NCBI GenBank assembly: GCA_951406725.2 | Contig: OX597826.1 | Location: 59,458,001 to 59,522,000, forward strand | From: Octopus vulgaris | Taxonomy: Eukaryota | Direction: 5' to 3' | Length of the DNA: 64,000 nt | Part shown: positions 42,009 to 55,440 of the stretch, one piece after another | Position numbering within the stretch: the stretch's first letter is position 1 | Layout: each line of letters starts with the position of its first letter | Made by a program: the position numbers and the translations under genes | Notes under the pieces: model-generated | What the model was told of the DNA's origin: nothing | The model's input: only the letters and a program-made list of their open reading frames with translations | The model's database searches: none

Positions 42009-42288
42009 CCACGTGTCTGACGTAGTGCAAACGCGAGTTATTGTAAACAAAGTAGAAATGTCATAGGTTTTGAGCAAAATTTTTCTAGAAGTAGATATCG
42101 TACATCAAAGACGTCTACAATGTACGTACGCACATACATACAAGCGCACACGTTAACAAGCATACACATAGACACACACACACACACATACACACATGAA
42201 CACGCGTTTATACATACATATACGCAGGCATTCACACACACATATATATATACGTTTATGGGCGGAATAAGCGTATATATGTATCAAC

Positions 42289-42325
<37 letters not shown>

Positions 42326-43131
42326 TATATGTTTATATATATGTATGTATATATGTATGTATATATGTATGTACAGATATTTATGCATATATATATGTAT
42401 ATATATATATGTATAATATATATATATATGTACATATATGTTTATATATATGTATGTATATATGTATGTATATATATGTATATATATATATATATAAATA
42501 TATGTATATATATGTGTGTGTATAATTATATGTATGTATATATATGTGTGTATATATATGTATATATATGTATATATATATATGTGTGTGTCTGTTTGTG
42601 TGTGTGTGTGCGTGTGGGTGTGTGTGTGTGCACGGGAAGAAAACGATGTCGAGAAAATAATTCACGAGTAAAAGTTAGGTGAAACTTGAGGCATTGGTTT
42701 ATGAAGATTCCAATTCCAATAAAACCGCTCTTTCTCTCTCTTTCTCTCTCTCTGTCTCTCTCTCTCTTTTTCGCATTTCCTTTCTTTCTTAATACGTACA
42801 CAAATACACAAAGACTCATTTACCCACACCCAGGCACACACACACGCATATGCATACACAGTGAGAAAGAAAGAGCGTAAACGAAAGTAGAAAATGGTTA
42901 TAGTTCAAGTAGTAATATAGAGAGCAAGTATGTGTAGTTATGTAAATAGCGGTAACTAGTTCAGTATAATCTCAATGTTAGTGAGATTATTGTAAGTTTG
43001 CAAGAATTATGACCGTGATCGAATACAGCCCAATCGATACCTGTGCGATTCTGTAGTAGAATATCTCTCATTTACGAAAGGTGAGGGCATCTATTTCATT
43101 TACACAAGTGTTTTCATCTGAAAACTAACTA

Positions 43132-43522
43132 GGCGCAGGAGTGGCTGTGTGGTAAGTAGCTTGCTAACCAACCACATGGTTCCGGGTTCAGTCCCACTGC
43201 GTGGCATCTTGGGCAGGTGTCTTCTGCTATAGCCCCGGGCCGACCAATGCCTTGTGAGCGGATTTGGTAGACGGAAACTGAAAGAAGCCTGTCGTATATA
43301 TGTATATATATATATATATGTGTGTGTGTGTATGTGTTTGTGTGTCTGTGTTTGTCCCCCTAGCATTGCTTGACAACCGATGCTGGTGTGTTTACGTCCC
43401 CGTCACTTAGCGGTTCGGCAAAAGAGACCGATAGAATAAGTACTGGGCTTACAAAGAATAAGTCCCGGGGTCGATTTTCTCGACTAAAAGGCGGTCAAAT
43501 GACTGAAACAAGTAAAAGAGAA
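43132..43522 (+). mobile_element. SINE family B, full length
   Basis: GGCGCAGGAGTGGCTGTGTGGTAAG...GGTTCAGTCCC...AAATGACTGAAACAAGTAAAAGAG. Confidence 0.9.
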
Positions 43523-43615
43523 AAGAGAGTAGCGCTTTCTTCTGAAGAATATTATGTAGTAATTGTACTTTGAATGTAAATAACAAGTATATAATGTGTG
43601 TGTATGCGTATGTGT

Positions 43616-43893
43616 GGAGGCCAGGGGTTAGGGCAACGGACTCGCGGTCGGAGGATCGATTCCCAGACCGGGCATTGCGTGTGTTTATTAAGCGAAAACA
43701 GCTAAAACTCCACGAGGCTCCGGCGGGTTGGGGGTGGCGACCCCTCTTGTACTCTTTTGCCCCCAACTTTCTCTCAATCACCCTTCCTGTTTCTTGAGTA
43801 ACGCAACGATGGACTGGTGTCCCGTCCAGCTGGGGGGAACACATGCGTCACAGAAACCGGGAAACCGGGCACATGAGCCTGGCTAGGCTTGAA
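43616..43893 (+). mobile_element. SINE family C with tail type 1
   Basis: Family C body; tail CAGAAACCGGGAAACCGGGCACATGAGCCTGGC. Confidence 0.8.
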
Positions 43894-44402
43894 ATTGGCG
43901 TATGTGACTGTGAGTGAGTGGGTGTGTGTGTGCCTGTTTGAGCGTGTGACCGTATGTGCTTGTGTGTGAGAGTGAGCAAATGCATGTGTGTATGTGTGCG
44001 TAGTATAAACGACGCTGAAACGCATAAATTTTCTTAAATTGTTGTTTAATGTTATTTTAATTAAACGGCTTCCTGATTAACATAGCAGTTACACATTGTA
44101 CACAACGTAGTGTTTATCGTCATGAAACAGCTGTTGAGCACTATTAAATATGAGCTGTATTTGAAATTTATGCTATACTACATTTTATGACACAATACGT
44201 GGCTCAGAAATATCACTTTAGACAATCATGTATATAGGTCTGTCCTCCTTGGACTTAAGACCGCGTAATAGCTTATCGGAATTTTACTACCTATTCAACT
44301 CTTTTACCAACTGTGGATTCATTCCCTGATCCTTATATGTCAGTTCTATCTGTCTGTATCTCTGTCTTCTCTGTATATATATATATATATATGCATATGT
44401 AG

Positions 44403-44697
44403 TTAAACTTTATAGAAAAACAAAGACGAAGTTAAGAGCAGGAACAACAAGCAAATGTATTGGTTTGACTCTCCGGCAAAAATACAAAAGTCTTTTACGT
44501 TTTGAGCAGATAGGACTAAGGAGAAATAAATAGAGAGAGAATGAAAAAAAGAAACTCGACTGAAGAAAGAAAGCTCCGAATGACCTGTCCCTGTTTTTTT
44601 CTTCTTTGTAACGTCTGTCTGGATGTTTTGTAGTTCCTTTTTTGTATCATTTAATTGTCTGGATGCTTTGCGTTCTTGTCCCATTGTTGGTATTCCT
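44403..44697. mobile_element. Two fused Penelope-like fragments in opposite orientation inside (TA)n
   Basis: 44403-44520 resembles 40900-40995; 44550-44690 resembles 40253-40340. Confidence 0.45.
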
Positions 44698-44757
<60 letters not shown>

Positions 44758-44767
44758 GGAGAGAGAG

Positions 44768-44820
<53 letters not shown>

Positions 44821-45086
44821 TTAATATGTTTGTATGTATATGCAAGTACTTCAGTAGACTGACCATCAATAGTGAACAAAGCCTTCTGCCAGTTTGCGTA
44901 ATATATTTAATTCATTTCTTTGTTACATTTAACTGAGTATACCAATGATATGAGTCGATTGTGATACGCAGTACAGTTAAATACATTGCTTAATGACACT
45001 GATCCGTTTACTGAAAAACATGTCGCATTTGGTAAAGCATAAAATACCGATGATATTTTCTATGTTTATTATTAGCGATAGCTTAA

Positions 45087-45320
45087 TGCGGCGAGATGCT
45101 TAGCGGTATTTCGTCTGCCCCTACGTTCTGAGTTCAAATTCCGCCGAGGCTAAACACAGAGAGGACAAACAAGGACAGAAAAACGGATTAAGTCGATTAT
45201 ATCGACTCCAGAGAGTAACTGGTACTTATTTAATCGACCCCGACGATGAAAGAACGTAACGGCAAACGAAATACCGCTAAGCTTTTCGCCCGGCGCACTA
45301 ACGATTCGGCCAGCTCGCCA
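45087..45320. mobile_element. Inverted fusion of two SINE family A pieces
   Basis: Plus-strand head 45087-45149 joined at GAGG|CTAAAC to a minus-strand copy 45147-45320. Confidence 0.75.
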
Positions 45321-45466
45321 CGTTTCCACTCAGTATATTTTGGTAGATATTTGAGATTTTCTGTAACCTCATGGAGCTAAAGAATAGCTTTGAGGAAACT
45401 TTTGGATATAAGTAGTACTTCCTACTGCATTTTTGTAATATATTTCTATATCTATACCGATATATG

Positions 45467-45532
<66 letters not shown>

Positions 45533-45621
45533 CTTGTATGTACAAATATATCTGTATAACCATACACATACACATATATATATATATACATATATACATA
45601 TATATATATATGCATATATAT

Positions 45622-45912
45622 GGAGGCGCAATAGCCTAGTGGTTAGGGCAGCGGACTCGCGGTCGGAGGATTGCGGTTTCGATTCCCAGACCGGGCGTTG
45701 TGTGTTTATTGAGCGAAAACACCTAAAAGCTCCACGAGGCTCCGGCAGGGGGTGGTGATCCCTGTTGTACTCTTTCACCACTCTTTCTTCAGATGGCCTG
45801 CTCGCTTAGCCAGCGGGGTGGCGTCGTTCGAAGGCTAGAACAATGCGGACACATTGTGACCAACGATGTGTAGCAACGTCTGATAGTCTGGTCGGTCACG
45901 TGATCACGTGAT
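45622..45912 (+). mobile_element. SINE family C with tail type 2
   Basis: Homologous to 40508-40804. Confidence 0.85.
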
Positions 45913-46240
45913 ATACATATATATATATACATATATACACACACGTATATATACATATCTATGTATGTATATATGCATTTACAGACACACATATATATGT
46001 ATATACATACATATATATATATATATATGTGTGTGTGTATGTATATATGTATAAGATGTGAGTGTGCACGGCGCGGGATTCGAATATGTGTGTAAGTGGA
46101 TGTATATGTATATACTTACAGATATATATTTTGATATAACTAGTGTCAGAGTCACTAATGTATAACTAAAATAGCAACAGAACTTACAGTATTTCTTAGC
46201 CACCAACTCATATTTCCTCAGTTATTGACTGCCCTGCGTA

Positions 46241-46332
<92 letters not shown>

Positions 46333-46355
46333 CATCCATCCATCCACCAACCTAC

Positions 46356-46432
<77 letters not shown>

Positions 46433-46440
46433 CATCTATC
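46241..46440. repeat. (TATC)n microsatellite
   Basis: Seen directly. Confidence 0.95.
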
Positions 46441-46644
46441 TACTCCGTCCACTCACACACACATACACACATGCATCCTGAAATCATTGAGATTAATTTT
46501 CCTCTTACAATGAAATACACATAGAATATCAAATTTATATATGTGTCTGGGGTGGGGGAGCGTGTGGGTGAGTGTGTATGTGTGTGTTTTTGTGCATATA
46601 TAAATATATATTATGTATATATATATACATATATATATATACAG

Positions 46645-46684
<40 letters not shown>

Positions 46685-47161
46685 GGATATGAGTGCGTGT
46701 GTATGTGAGTATGTACATGTGTCTATTCTCCCATGCAAGCCTATACGTATGTATGAATAAGCAGACACATATATATGTATATACATATATATTATATACA
46801 TATATATATATGCATGTATGTATGTATATACATATGCATATATATATATATATGTATGTTCATTCAGCTGTATGTATGTTTGCTTACATAGTATCTTTAC
46901 ATGAGATCTTCCTTCCTTTAATTGTTTTTTTTATTTCCTTTTATAGTAAATTTATTCGGTGAAAGTGTAAAAAAAATAGTCTAACACGATTTGTCACTTT
47001 ATGTCTGTGTCATCGGTTGTCATAGCAATGACCTTACATTATCTTGCCGTACAGAAAAAAAGTTTATCTACTTTAAATCACCCAACTACACATCACAGTT
47101 TCTAAACTATTCCAGACATCGATCTATGCCATTCACAGACAGATTCTAAATCAGAAAGACT

Positions 47162-47232
47162 TACCTACCTACCTACTTACCTACATACCTACCTACCTAC
47201 CTACCTACCTACCTACCTACCTACCTACCTAC
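47162..47232. repeat. (CCTA)n microsatellite
   Basis: Seen directly. Confidence 0.9.
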
Positions 47233-47771
47233 CAACCGACCGACCTACGTACATACGTACATATATACGCACCTGTCTAACCTCCTATCTACGTACTAAC
47301 CTACGTGTCTACCTGCTTACATATATTCCAACTTTCCTACCTACCTGCCTATCTACCTGCATACCTACATATCTATCTACTTATATACATATGTACCAAA
47401 GACACTCACGTATGTATATACAATTGAATGTAATTATTTGCGTGTCCATATATATATATATATTAATAAAGTGAGAGAAAAAAGTGAGACAGACAGACAG
47501 AAATAAATAGATAGATACCTACTTACATATGTACATACATATACATGTTTATGGAACTTAAAAATTTAAACAGACACCAAGTAAAAACACAACTCGCTGC
47601 ATCTTGCTATATGAGACCACAAGGAAATAAGTATGTTCTCTTGTTGAAAACAGTTTCGCCCTGGACACCAATATGGTTAGAAAAATACAAGGGAAAATGG
47701 ACATGTATCGATCGACATGTAAATCAAGTACCGGAGATGCAATTTTGATTTCATACCTTTAATTATTATTA

Positions 47772-47806
<35 letters not shown>

Positions 47807-48544
47807 GGAGCAACATTATATACACCAAAGGTGTGGGGCAAAGTATGGCTGAAATTGGGTTCTTGGGGAGAGAATGCAAATCCTAATTCATATAGTACAA
47901 ATGATTACTGTATCTGGAACAATAAAAATCTGCAAGATGTTCAGAAGATTCACAGAACGACGAACGAAACCAGATGTTTCATGTCACAAAATTATTGCCA
48001 AACAAGTAGCCGGTCAAAATTTATTCTAAGTTAAATAGAGAAAGAGAACATGTGTGTGTAAGTATGAGTGTGTGTGCTTGCTTGTGCTTGTGTGTAAAAT
48101 CATTTATCTCACCTTGCACCAGTTCACTCAGCTGTCAACAACCATTGAAAAATAATGTCTTGCTCGACTAGCCAACGGGTTGATATCATTCGAAAGCTAG
48201 AAGAATGCGAGGAAGTGCCTTGTCACCGGCGGTGTATGACAACATCCGCTAGTCTGGCCGATAATGTGACATAGTGATATGTATTCGTCTAAATATACAC
48301 AGAGTGCAGGAGATATTTGAAGACATATTTAGTAATTTATTAAAATTACTTTAATCAAACTAAGCTAAATGGATTTTAATAAAAAAGAATGTGCATGTAT
48401 TCTCGATAAACTTTCTTTTAAGATTACTTATGGATTCGCCTTATCTTCGACGACTATCTTAAATGCATCGGAGTCATTCACACGACCGCATTGAATGTTC
48501 CTTATTTTTTCCGGACATCACCTAGCGAATGGCCGCCTTTATGG

Positions 48545-48865
48545 CAGATATTGTATTTTGGAGGTGTAGAATGCACATCTCCAACCGGCAATATTGTTCT
48601 GCCACATGAAGGGTAGTAATTCTATTAACACAGACATAAGTGAGCAAATCCGGTGAAAGTTTGCTTGACTCAACAGTATATAACAACCCTTGGATCCGAG
48701 ATATATTATTTCCTCTTTACCCCCTGAACTACAACGACTATAGTTGCCTCTACTTCTCGAATGTCTTTGATCTGGTACCACGTTTATTTCATTAGGCCCG
48801 TGTCCCATGTTTTCCTCCATTGCGTAACCCATGTTTCGCAACCAGTACTGAGGATTGACTGTAAA
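48545..48865 (-). mobile_element. Possible degraded I-group LINE C-terminus
   Basis: Frameshifted fragments KEEII..SRI and TTLHVAEQYC resemble the SRLRIGH...HxxxxC region; weak. Confidence 0.25.
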
Positions 48866-49106
48866 GTACACACACACACTTGTACAAATGAATATACGTA
48901 TATATGCATATATATGTATATATATACATACCATTATACATAACCATACATGTGCGTATATATGTGTGTGTGTGAAAAGGTAACGTTCAATTTATCCTTT
49001 ACTTTAGAGGGTTCCAAAGGGACGATTTGTAACAAAGATTCTTCATATTTCGTTGGTAGCTTACTGGCGTAAGATTTTTGCGAATATGAAGTTATTACAT
49101 GTATAT

Positions 49107-49679
49107 GGTAAGTGATGAGAATTTATAGAAAGGTATCCTATAGAAACCCAAAAGACTGTTAAAGATGGAGAAGAGATGCATACGATCGTTTCGAACAGCA
49201 ATATTATCATGTAAATAACATGGTAAAATAATTAGAAATTGATTAAATTAAATTAAATAATTACATATTTCTGTTCTCCTCAGTACAGAAAAAGAATGCA
49301 TGGGAAGATTATTATTATTGTTACAAAAGACTTGATGGAAGAAGTAGCAAATAACTTATAGGATATACATATTTTATCCTTATGGAAGATCATGAGCATA
49401 CTCAAAAAAGGGTGTTGTTGAGTCTAGTTGTTAAAGAACTAAAACACGCGTTCATGCATTGTTCTTCTGCACTGAGGAGAACAGTAATAATTAATTAAGT
49501 AAATTCAATTTAATTAATTCCTAATTATTCTATGTTATTTACATGTTCATATTGCTGTTAGAAACGATGGCTTGCATGTATTAAAATTCTTTTTTCTTTA
49601 ATTTGAAATTTTCTTCTCCATTTTTAATAGTCTGTTGCGTTTCTATGGGATATCTTTCCATAAATTCTCATCTCATACC
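49107..49679. mobile_element. Second inverted (head-to-head) pair of Penelope-like pseudo-LTRs with long-stem-II hammerheads
   Basis: Arms 49107-49302 and 49453-49679 are diverged reverse complements; the right arm ends in (TA)n(TG)n. Confidence 0.7.
49177..49287 (-). ncRNA. Type I hammerhead ribozyme with 84-nt stem II domain
   Basis: Minus strand: tgta CTGAGGA gaacagaaatat...atattgctgttc GAAA cgatcg TA tgca; intact core and palindromic stem III. Confidence 0.7.
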
Positions 49680-49692
49680 TGATATATATATA

Positions 49693-49733
<41 letters not shown>

Positions 49734-49734
49734 T

Positions 49735-49766
<32 letters not shown>

Positions 49767-50467
49767 TGTTATATAAACTTAGGTAACCTTAGATATGTTT
49801 CGACCAAAGATTCGGCCAGGTCATGTCTAAAATAATAGCACCACATGATATATAATTTGTAATAATGAAAGGAAACGAAATATTGATATTTTGAAAGCAT
49901 TTAATGCTACGCTTCATATCAGGATGCGAAACTTTTTACACAAGATTTTCACTGAATATATTTCACGTATTAAATGTTTCTAAACTATCTTTATCTTATT
50001 TGATTTTATTGTTACAAATTAAATGTCAACCTTCTGTCCTGGTCATCGTCTCCCTGTTATTTCTCACTTACGCAGATGTACTGGCAGATGTTGGCCTATA
50101 GCATTTTCAGAAGAACAATGAGAAGGTCGATCTGTATTGACTCGAAGGCAGTGTTGCAATTTGCAGAAGTCGTATATCTGAACCCAATAAGTGAACGAAT
50201 AGCTGGTCTATATAATCTAAGCCTTACTATTCACCTCATGGAATTGCCTTGATGAATTACCTTCTCAATAATTACAAACATCCTCAAAACCATAAGAGGA
50301 CTATTTATCAAGATTCATATTTTAAAATTTACATATTTTATGATACGTATGTAGATACCCATTATAAGACTTACCATGGTATACAAGAAATTTTTTGTTA
50401 CAAATTTGTCAGTCCAAGACACTTAATGAAACATATTATGAAGCAACTTATGAATTTCATACTACAT

Positions 50468-50672
50468 AATCCTTTCCACTATAGGCACAAGGCCTGGAAT
50501 TTGGGTGAGGAGGGGCCAGTCGATTAGATCGACCTCAATACGCTACTGGTATTTCATTTAACGACCGCAAAAGGATAAAAGGCAAAGTCGATCGCGGCGG
50601 AATTTGAACTCAGAAAGTAGCGACGGGCGAAATACCGCTAAGCATTTCGTCCATCGTAATAAGGATTCTGAC
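50468..50672 (-). mobile_element. SINE family A
   Basis: GGCAAAGTCGATCGCGGCGGAATTTGAACTCAGAA...GAAATACCGCTAAGCATTTCG. Confidence 0.8.
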
Positions 50673-51521
50673 GTGTGCTACTGCGAAGTGCAAGTGCAAG
50701 AGCGATGCCCTCATGCACTCAGTAAAGTTTCTCAAACGCAATTAATCATCTGTGTTCTTCAAAGAGGCTGTCTCTACACGAGTCCTTCACAAATGGCAAT
50801 TATTCTATGTAAGGAAGTAGGAGATAGTTTATCAATGTCCCCACTACATGAAAGATATTAGGACGCGAGAGTGTGCGAGTTCAGTGTATAATTGAATCTT
50901 TGCCTCAACACCAAATATGTCAACGATATTGTAGCGTTGGACGTTGGTTACTCACATTGATTATCAACATTCAACTAAGATCTGCTAATGAAGGGAAAAC
51001 TGTCCCATCACACGGAACTACATATTACAAATTTTCAAAACATCGATGAGGAGCCAAGATCAGAAAGAAAATAGACACTGGACGATGATATATGAAAACT
51101 AAAGCAAAAGTAAGATGTAAACAGTGACGATACAGAAGCACACACAAACAGACATACACACATACACAAACACATACACAAAAAACTAAACACATATATA
51201 ATGTGAAGTGAGTATGACTTAACATCGCAGCATCATGTTGATGCACAAAACCGATGCAAGAAGGAAGAGAAATAGGAAGGCGAAGTGTTCAGCACGTCAG
51301 CACGATAATAGAAACGAAGGCAAACAAATGCAGCGATGGATAAGAAAAATACGGAAAACAAAATAGATGGAAGTGTGTGAATATTTGTGTGCACGTGTAC
51401 GTATAAGTGCGTAGGTGATCGTGTCTAAATTTGTGAACATATTTCCGTTTATTTTTATTTTTCACCAAAAACTGCGAACGCATTACAATCGTTGGAGATA
51501 TCTTGCCTCACAGTTATACCA

Positions 51522-51566
<45 letters not shown>

Positions 51567-51572
51567 TAGAGA

Positions 51573-51629
<57 letters not shown>

Positions 51630-51667
51630 GTTTAATCATATATACATGTACAAACGCACATGTTTGT

Positions 51668-51704
<37 letters not shown>

Positions 51705-52607
51705 GTACACACATACACATACACAGACACATACACACGGGCACTCACAAACATACACATGCACGCACATACGTTAATATACATATATGTACATATATGT
51801 GAACCTGAAATCGTGAAATTGTATTGCGTGTAGATGTGTAAATGTATTTAAAATTCTAAAACCACATCAAACTGGAGCTCTTAGTTTTCGCACGTACTCA
51901 CACGTTAAATCTGTTTTATTTGCGGGGAAATTTTGTTTCCTCAACGTTTCTCAGAAAGAGAATGATAATTTTATTTATTAATTTAGGGGGAACGATAGTG
52001 TGAGAGCAGGATGGGTTGGTAGCAGGAAATATTTCATTGTCTGAGCAAAGATCGACACAGTGGAAACGTGTTGCCATTAGCAACACAGCTTCCTTCTTTC
52101 TAGTATGAAGGAAATTATTGATTTGATAGATCAATTGAACAAACACCGCTCATCTGATGGTTTCCTTTCAGATCTACTTTGATCTTTGTGGATGAGAGGA
52201 AAGAGTCTTTTGCACAACTGACATGTTTAAATGCGTGTCCAATAAATGCAGAGCCGAAGCTGTACTACACAAGCTCTTACACACAGCAAACAGGCATACA
52301 AATTTGAAAGACAGGCAGACTGACCGACAGACTAACGGATAGATAAAAGTTGAGAACGTATATACAAGCGTGCAAGAAACGTACAATCATCTGTTGAGAA
52401 ACACATGCGCAACTACACAAAACCACAGATGCTCACAGAGACATACGCGTGCTCGAATACATCCACATGCACACAGTCATACGCATGCACATAGGCAAGC
52501 ACACACAACCACAGACGCACACACACGCAAACATACACACACACAGGCACACACACTTATATATATACGTGCACATATATTTGCGTATCATGCATGTATA
52601 TGTGTGT

Positions 52608-52653
<46 letters not shown>

Positions 52654-52845
52654 ATATATATATACACACACACTCATATATCTATGTGTGTGTGTATATA
52701 TTTACATATATGCACATAGAAACAAGCATATACATATACAAACGTACATGCATATATACATATATGCATTCATACATGCACTCACACACATATATATATA
52801 CATATACATACATACACACATACACACACACACTCCCTCTCCCTC

Positions 52846-52893
<48 letters not shown>

Positions 52894-53125
52894 TAGAGAG
52901 AGAGAGAGTGATCACACGTGTTTACAGTTGTATATGGAATAATAAAACAGAAAAAAATGAGAACTCATACACCCCACGCTTAAACAGACAGATATATCTC
53001 TATAGACACACATACATTGATGCACGCGTGCATGCATACATACATGGATACCTATTATTATAGACTCGTACATACATGCACACATATCACCGTGCTCATA
53101 TATAGTTGAACAAATACGTAAATGA

Positions 53126-53177
<52 letters not shown>

Positions 53178-53570
53178 ATCTCTGTATCTATTTCTGTTTG
53201 GTTCGCTAGCTAGCTATCGTTATCTCTCTTTCTCTGTCCCATTATGACCCTTAATATTCTCATACTGTCCCTCGTATATGTGTATATGCGTGTTTTTATA
53301 GTTGGTCATCCTACAGGATACTGTTTTATTGAAATATAATAATTCATAACCTAAGGCAGTATGTTTGATTTTATTCTAAAGACTGTTTATGGCATTATAT
53401 AAGTGATTTTATATGTTTTGGAGTTAAATATCAGGCTTATTAGGAATAACATGGTTTCTATGTAAAACCATGCAGGCAAGAGTGGTCTTCATATCCTTTC
53501 GTCTGTAGCTACTCAAAAGTTTATGAACATCATATACGATAACTGGGATTAAAATAGCCCTTGTTACGAG

Positions 53571-53798
53571 TGCCTAAAGACGAACCAATTACACTTATAT
53601 TGCATTCATAGTCGTGAAATTGACAAGATTTTTCTCGCAATTTTTAGTAAAATAAAATAGTGCCACCTTTCCGCGAGTGTATATGGTAAGCTATTTTGCT
53701 ATTGTTAGCTATTCTGAAAAAACTGCTGATCATGACACAATGTTGTCAATTTCACGACTATAAATGCAATATAAGTGTAATTGGTTCGTCTTTAGGCA
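53571..53798. repeat. Near-perfect 56-bp inverted repeat with 116-bp spacer (MITE-like foldback)
   Basis: 53571-53626 versus 53743-53798, one mismatch. Confidence 0.85.
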
Positions 53799-54774
53799 AT
53801 AGTAAGAAATATTTTAGAGAATGCTTTTGATTATTTTACCTATTTCCAATGTTTTTTTCAGTGATGGTATGTTTTCGTGGATGATATTTTGTATCGATAT
53901 ATTTGTGTTGTGTGTTATGATGTAATGTAATGCATTTGCTGCATTTCAATCGATATTTGTTCTTAGTATTTCTTGGCTCTTTTCTGTGATCAATTAACCG
54001 TTTTGACTCTCAAGTAGTATATGTTTTAGTTATTGGACTCTTTTATGGCATGACGAAATCCTCGCTGTTTCGTGTTAACTTCGTTGCCATCGCAGTTCCA
54101 AATACTTGTTTGCAAATTCTGCCATCAAAGTCGAAAATATCCTCCTTGAATTTCATTGGAGAACTTTATTTGTTTATATATATCTTCTGTTGTGACGTAA
54201 ATTATTCGTTGCATTTGAATTGTTTTTACGTTCTTTGTAAAACTTGTATTGCGTCCGTTTGTTTTATTCTGTTATCAGTTAACGTTGTCGGGTACTTTCC
54301 AAAGTAGGATTTATATTAATTATTGCAATCTATCATTTAGACTTTCGAAATTCAAGACAATTAAGATATATTTCGTACCCGAATTAATGCTACATTTATT
54401 TTGGGATGCTTTAGGTGGCAAAGAGTAAAAAGTAAATATGGTTTAAAGCTTTCTAGTTTGAAGTGGATTTCCATTTTGACGTCTGTTTTTTTTTTATGAT
54501 ATTATCAAAGAAGGATCTTTGATTTTAAGTGCATTCCATTATGAAAAGAATATTTTTAAATTAAAATCATTAAGCACGCTGCTCAGGTCCGTGGATCTAC
54601 AGTTTGATGCATACATGCAAATAACATTTTCATCTTTCTAACATTTTAGAATCTGATGTCACATTTTAGAGATTTTAGAATCTAATGTCACATTTTACTC
54701 TAAAGTGTTCCTATATTTACACGGTTAAGTTTACGATGACTGACTAGTCGTAATTCAGGCAAGTTTTTCGGCCC

Positions 54775-54987
54775 TTAACTCCTGTCTGTTTTAATACGCC
54801 TTAAGTGGGATTGGTTTCTCTGTACTGCGGCCCTGAGAAGAGCCACGAACCCCTTTCCGGCTGGGTACACTGGCGAGCGCTCGAACGACCCAGGTGTGAG
54901 TTCTTTTTTCTCACGGTCCCAGCGAGATTCGAACACACATCGCCGGCTCCAGAGGCGCATGCCTACACGGCTACGCCAATCTGGCAC
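54775..54987 (-). mobile_element. tRNA-Gln-like headed element (probable SINE)
   Basis: Minus strand TCTGGAGCCGGCGATGTGTGTTCGAATCTCGCTGGGACC closely resembles the 3' half of metazoan tRNA-Gln(CTG); followed by SINE-like CCAGTGTACCCAGC. Confidence 0.55.
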
Positions 54988-55006
54988 TCACTTGAATTGG
55001 GACAGA

Positions 55007-55440
55007 TTAAGCCTTATGAAGTTGGCCTTTGATCCTCCTAGACCAGATCCAATTTGAAGCCTTCTCTGCCGCTTCTCCCAAGGCCCTCAAGATTCTAGTC
55101 CTGCTTCTTCCAGAGGTGAACAGCTGTTTCATGAGGCTGTAGGCAGATGAGCCTACATATCTCCTGACGCCAACCTGAACTGCGGAGACTTTGGTTTTGA
55201 ATCCAGCGTCCCTCGAGTCTCTGGCCAAGTCGGCGAACTTTTCTGTCTTGTAGACATGGACATCTTCACTCCTGGTTTCGTAAGGCACTGTGAGTTCGAT
55301 GAAGAGGATCTCCTTGGCATTCTGGGAGTGGAGCACTATGTCGGGTCTCGAGCCAATCTTTTTGATGATCTCTGGGTAGTCGTTCCACTGGGGGAGATCT
55401 GCAACGCACTCCCAATCATCTGCTTCACTCAGCCAGCCTT
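55007..55440 (-). mobile_element. 5'-truncated HERO-like LINE, open restriction-like endonuclease domain
   Basis: ADDWECVADL...RPDIVLHS...IELTVPYE...KTEKF...VQVGVRRYVG...AAEKASNWIWSRR* is the characteristic HERO-clade RLE C-terminus, with an uninterrupted frame to the stop at 55007. Confidence 0.85.

Noticed and set aside
52160-52310. Possible exon after the GTTTCCTTTCAG acceptor
   Set aside because: Frames stop before a convincing donor and there is no recognisable homology.
52449-53063. 204-aa ORF and the many similar YIYI/HTHT/MYVC ORFs across the window
   Set aside because: Di- and tetranucleotide repeat translations with no domain signal.
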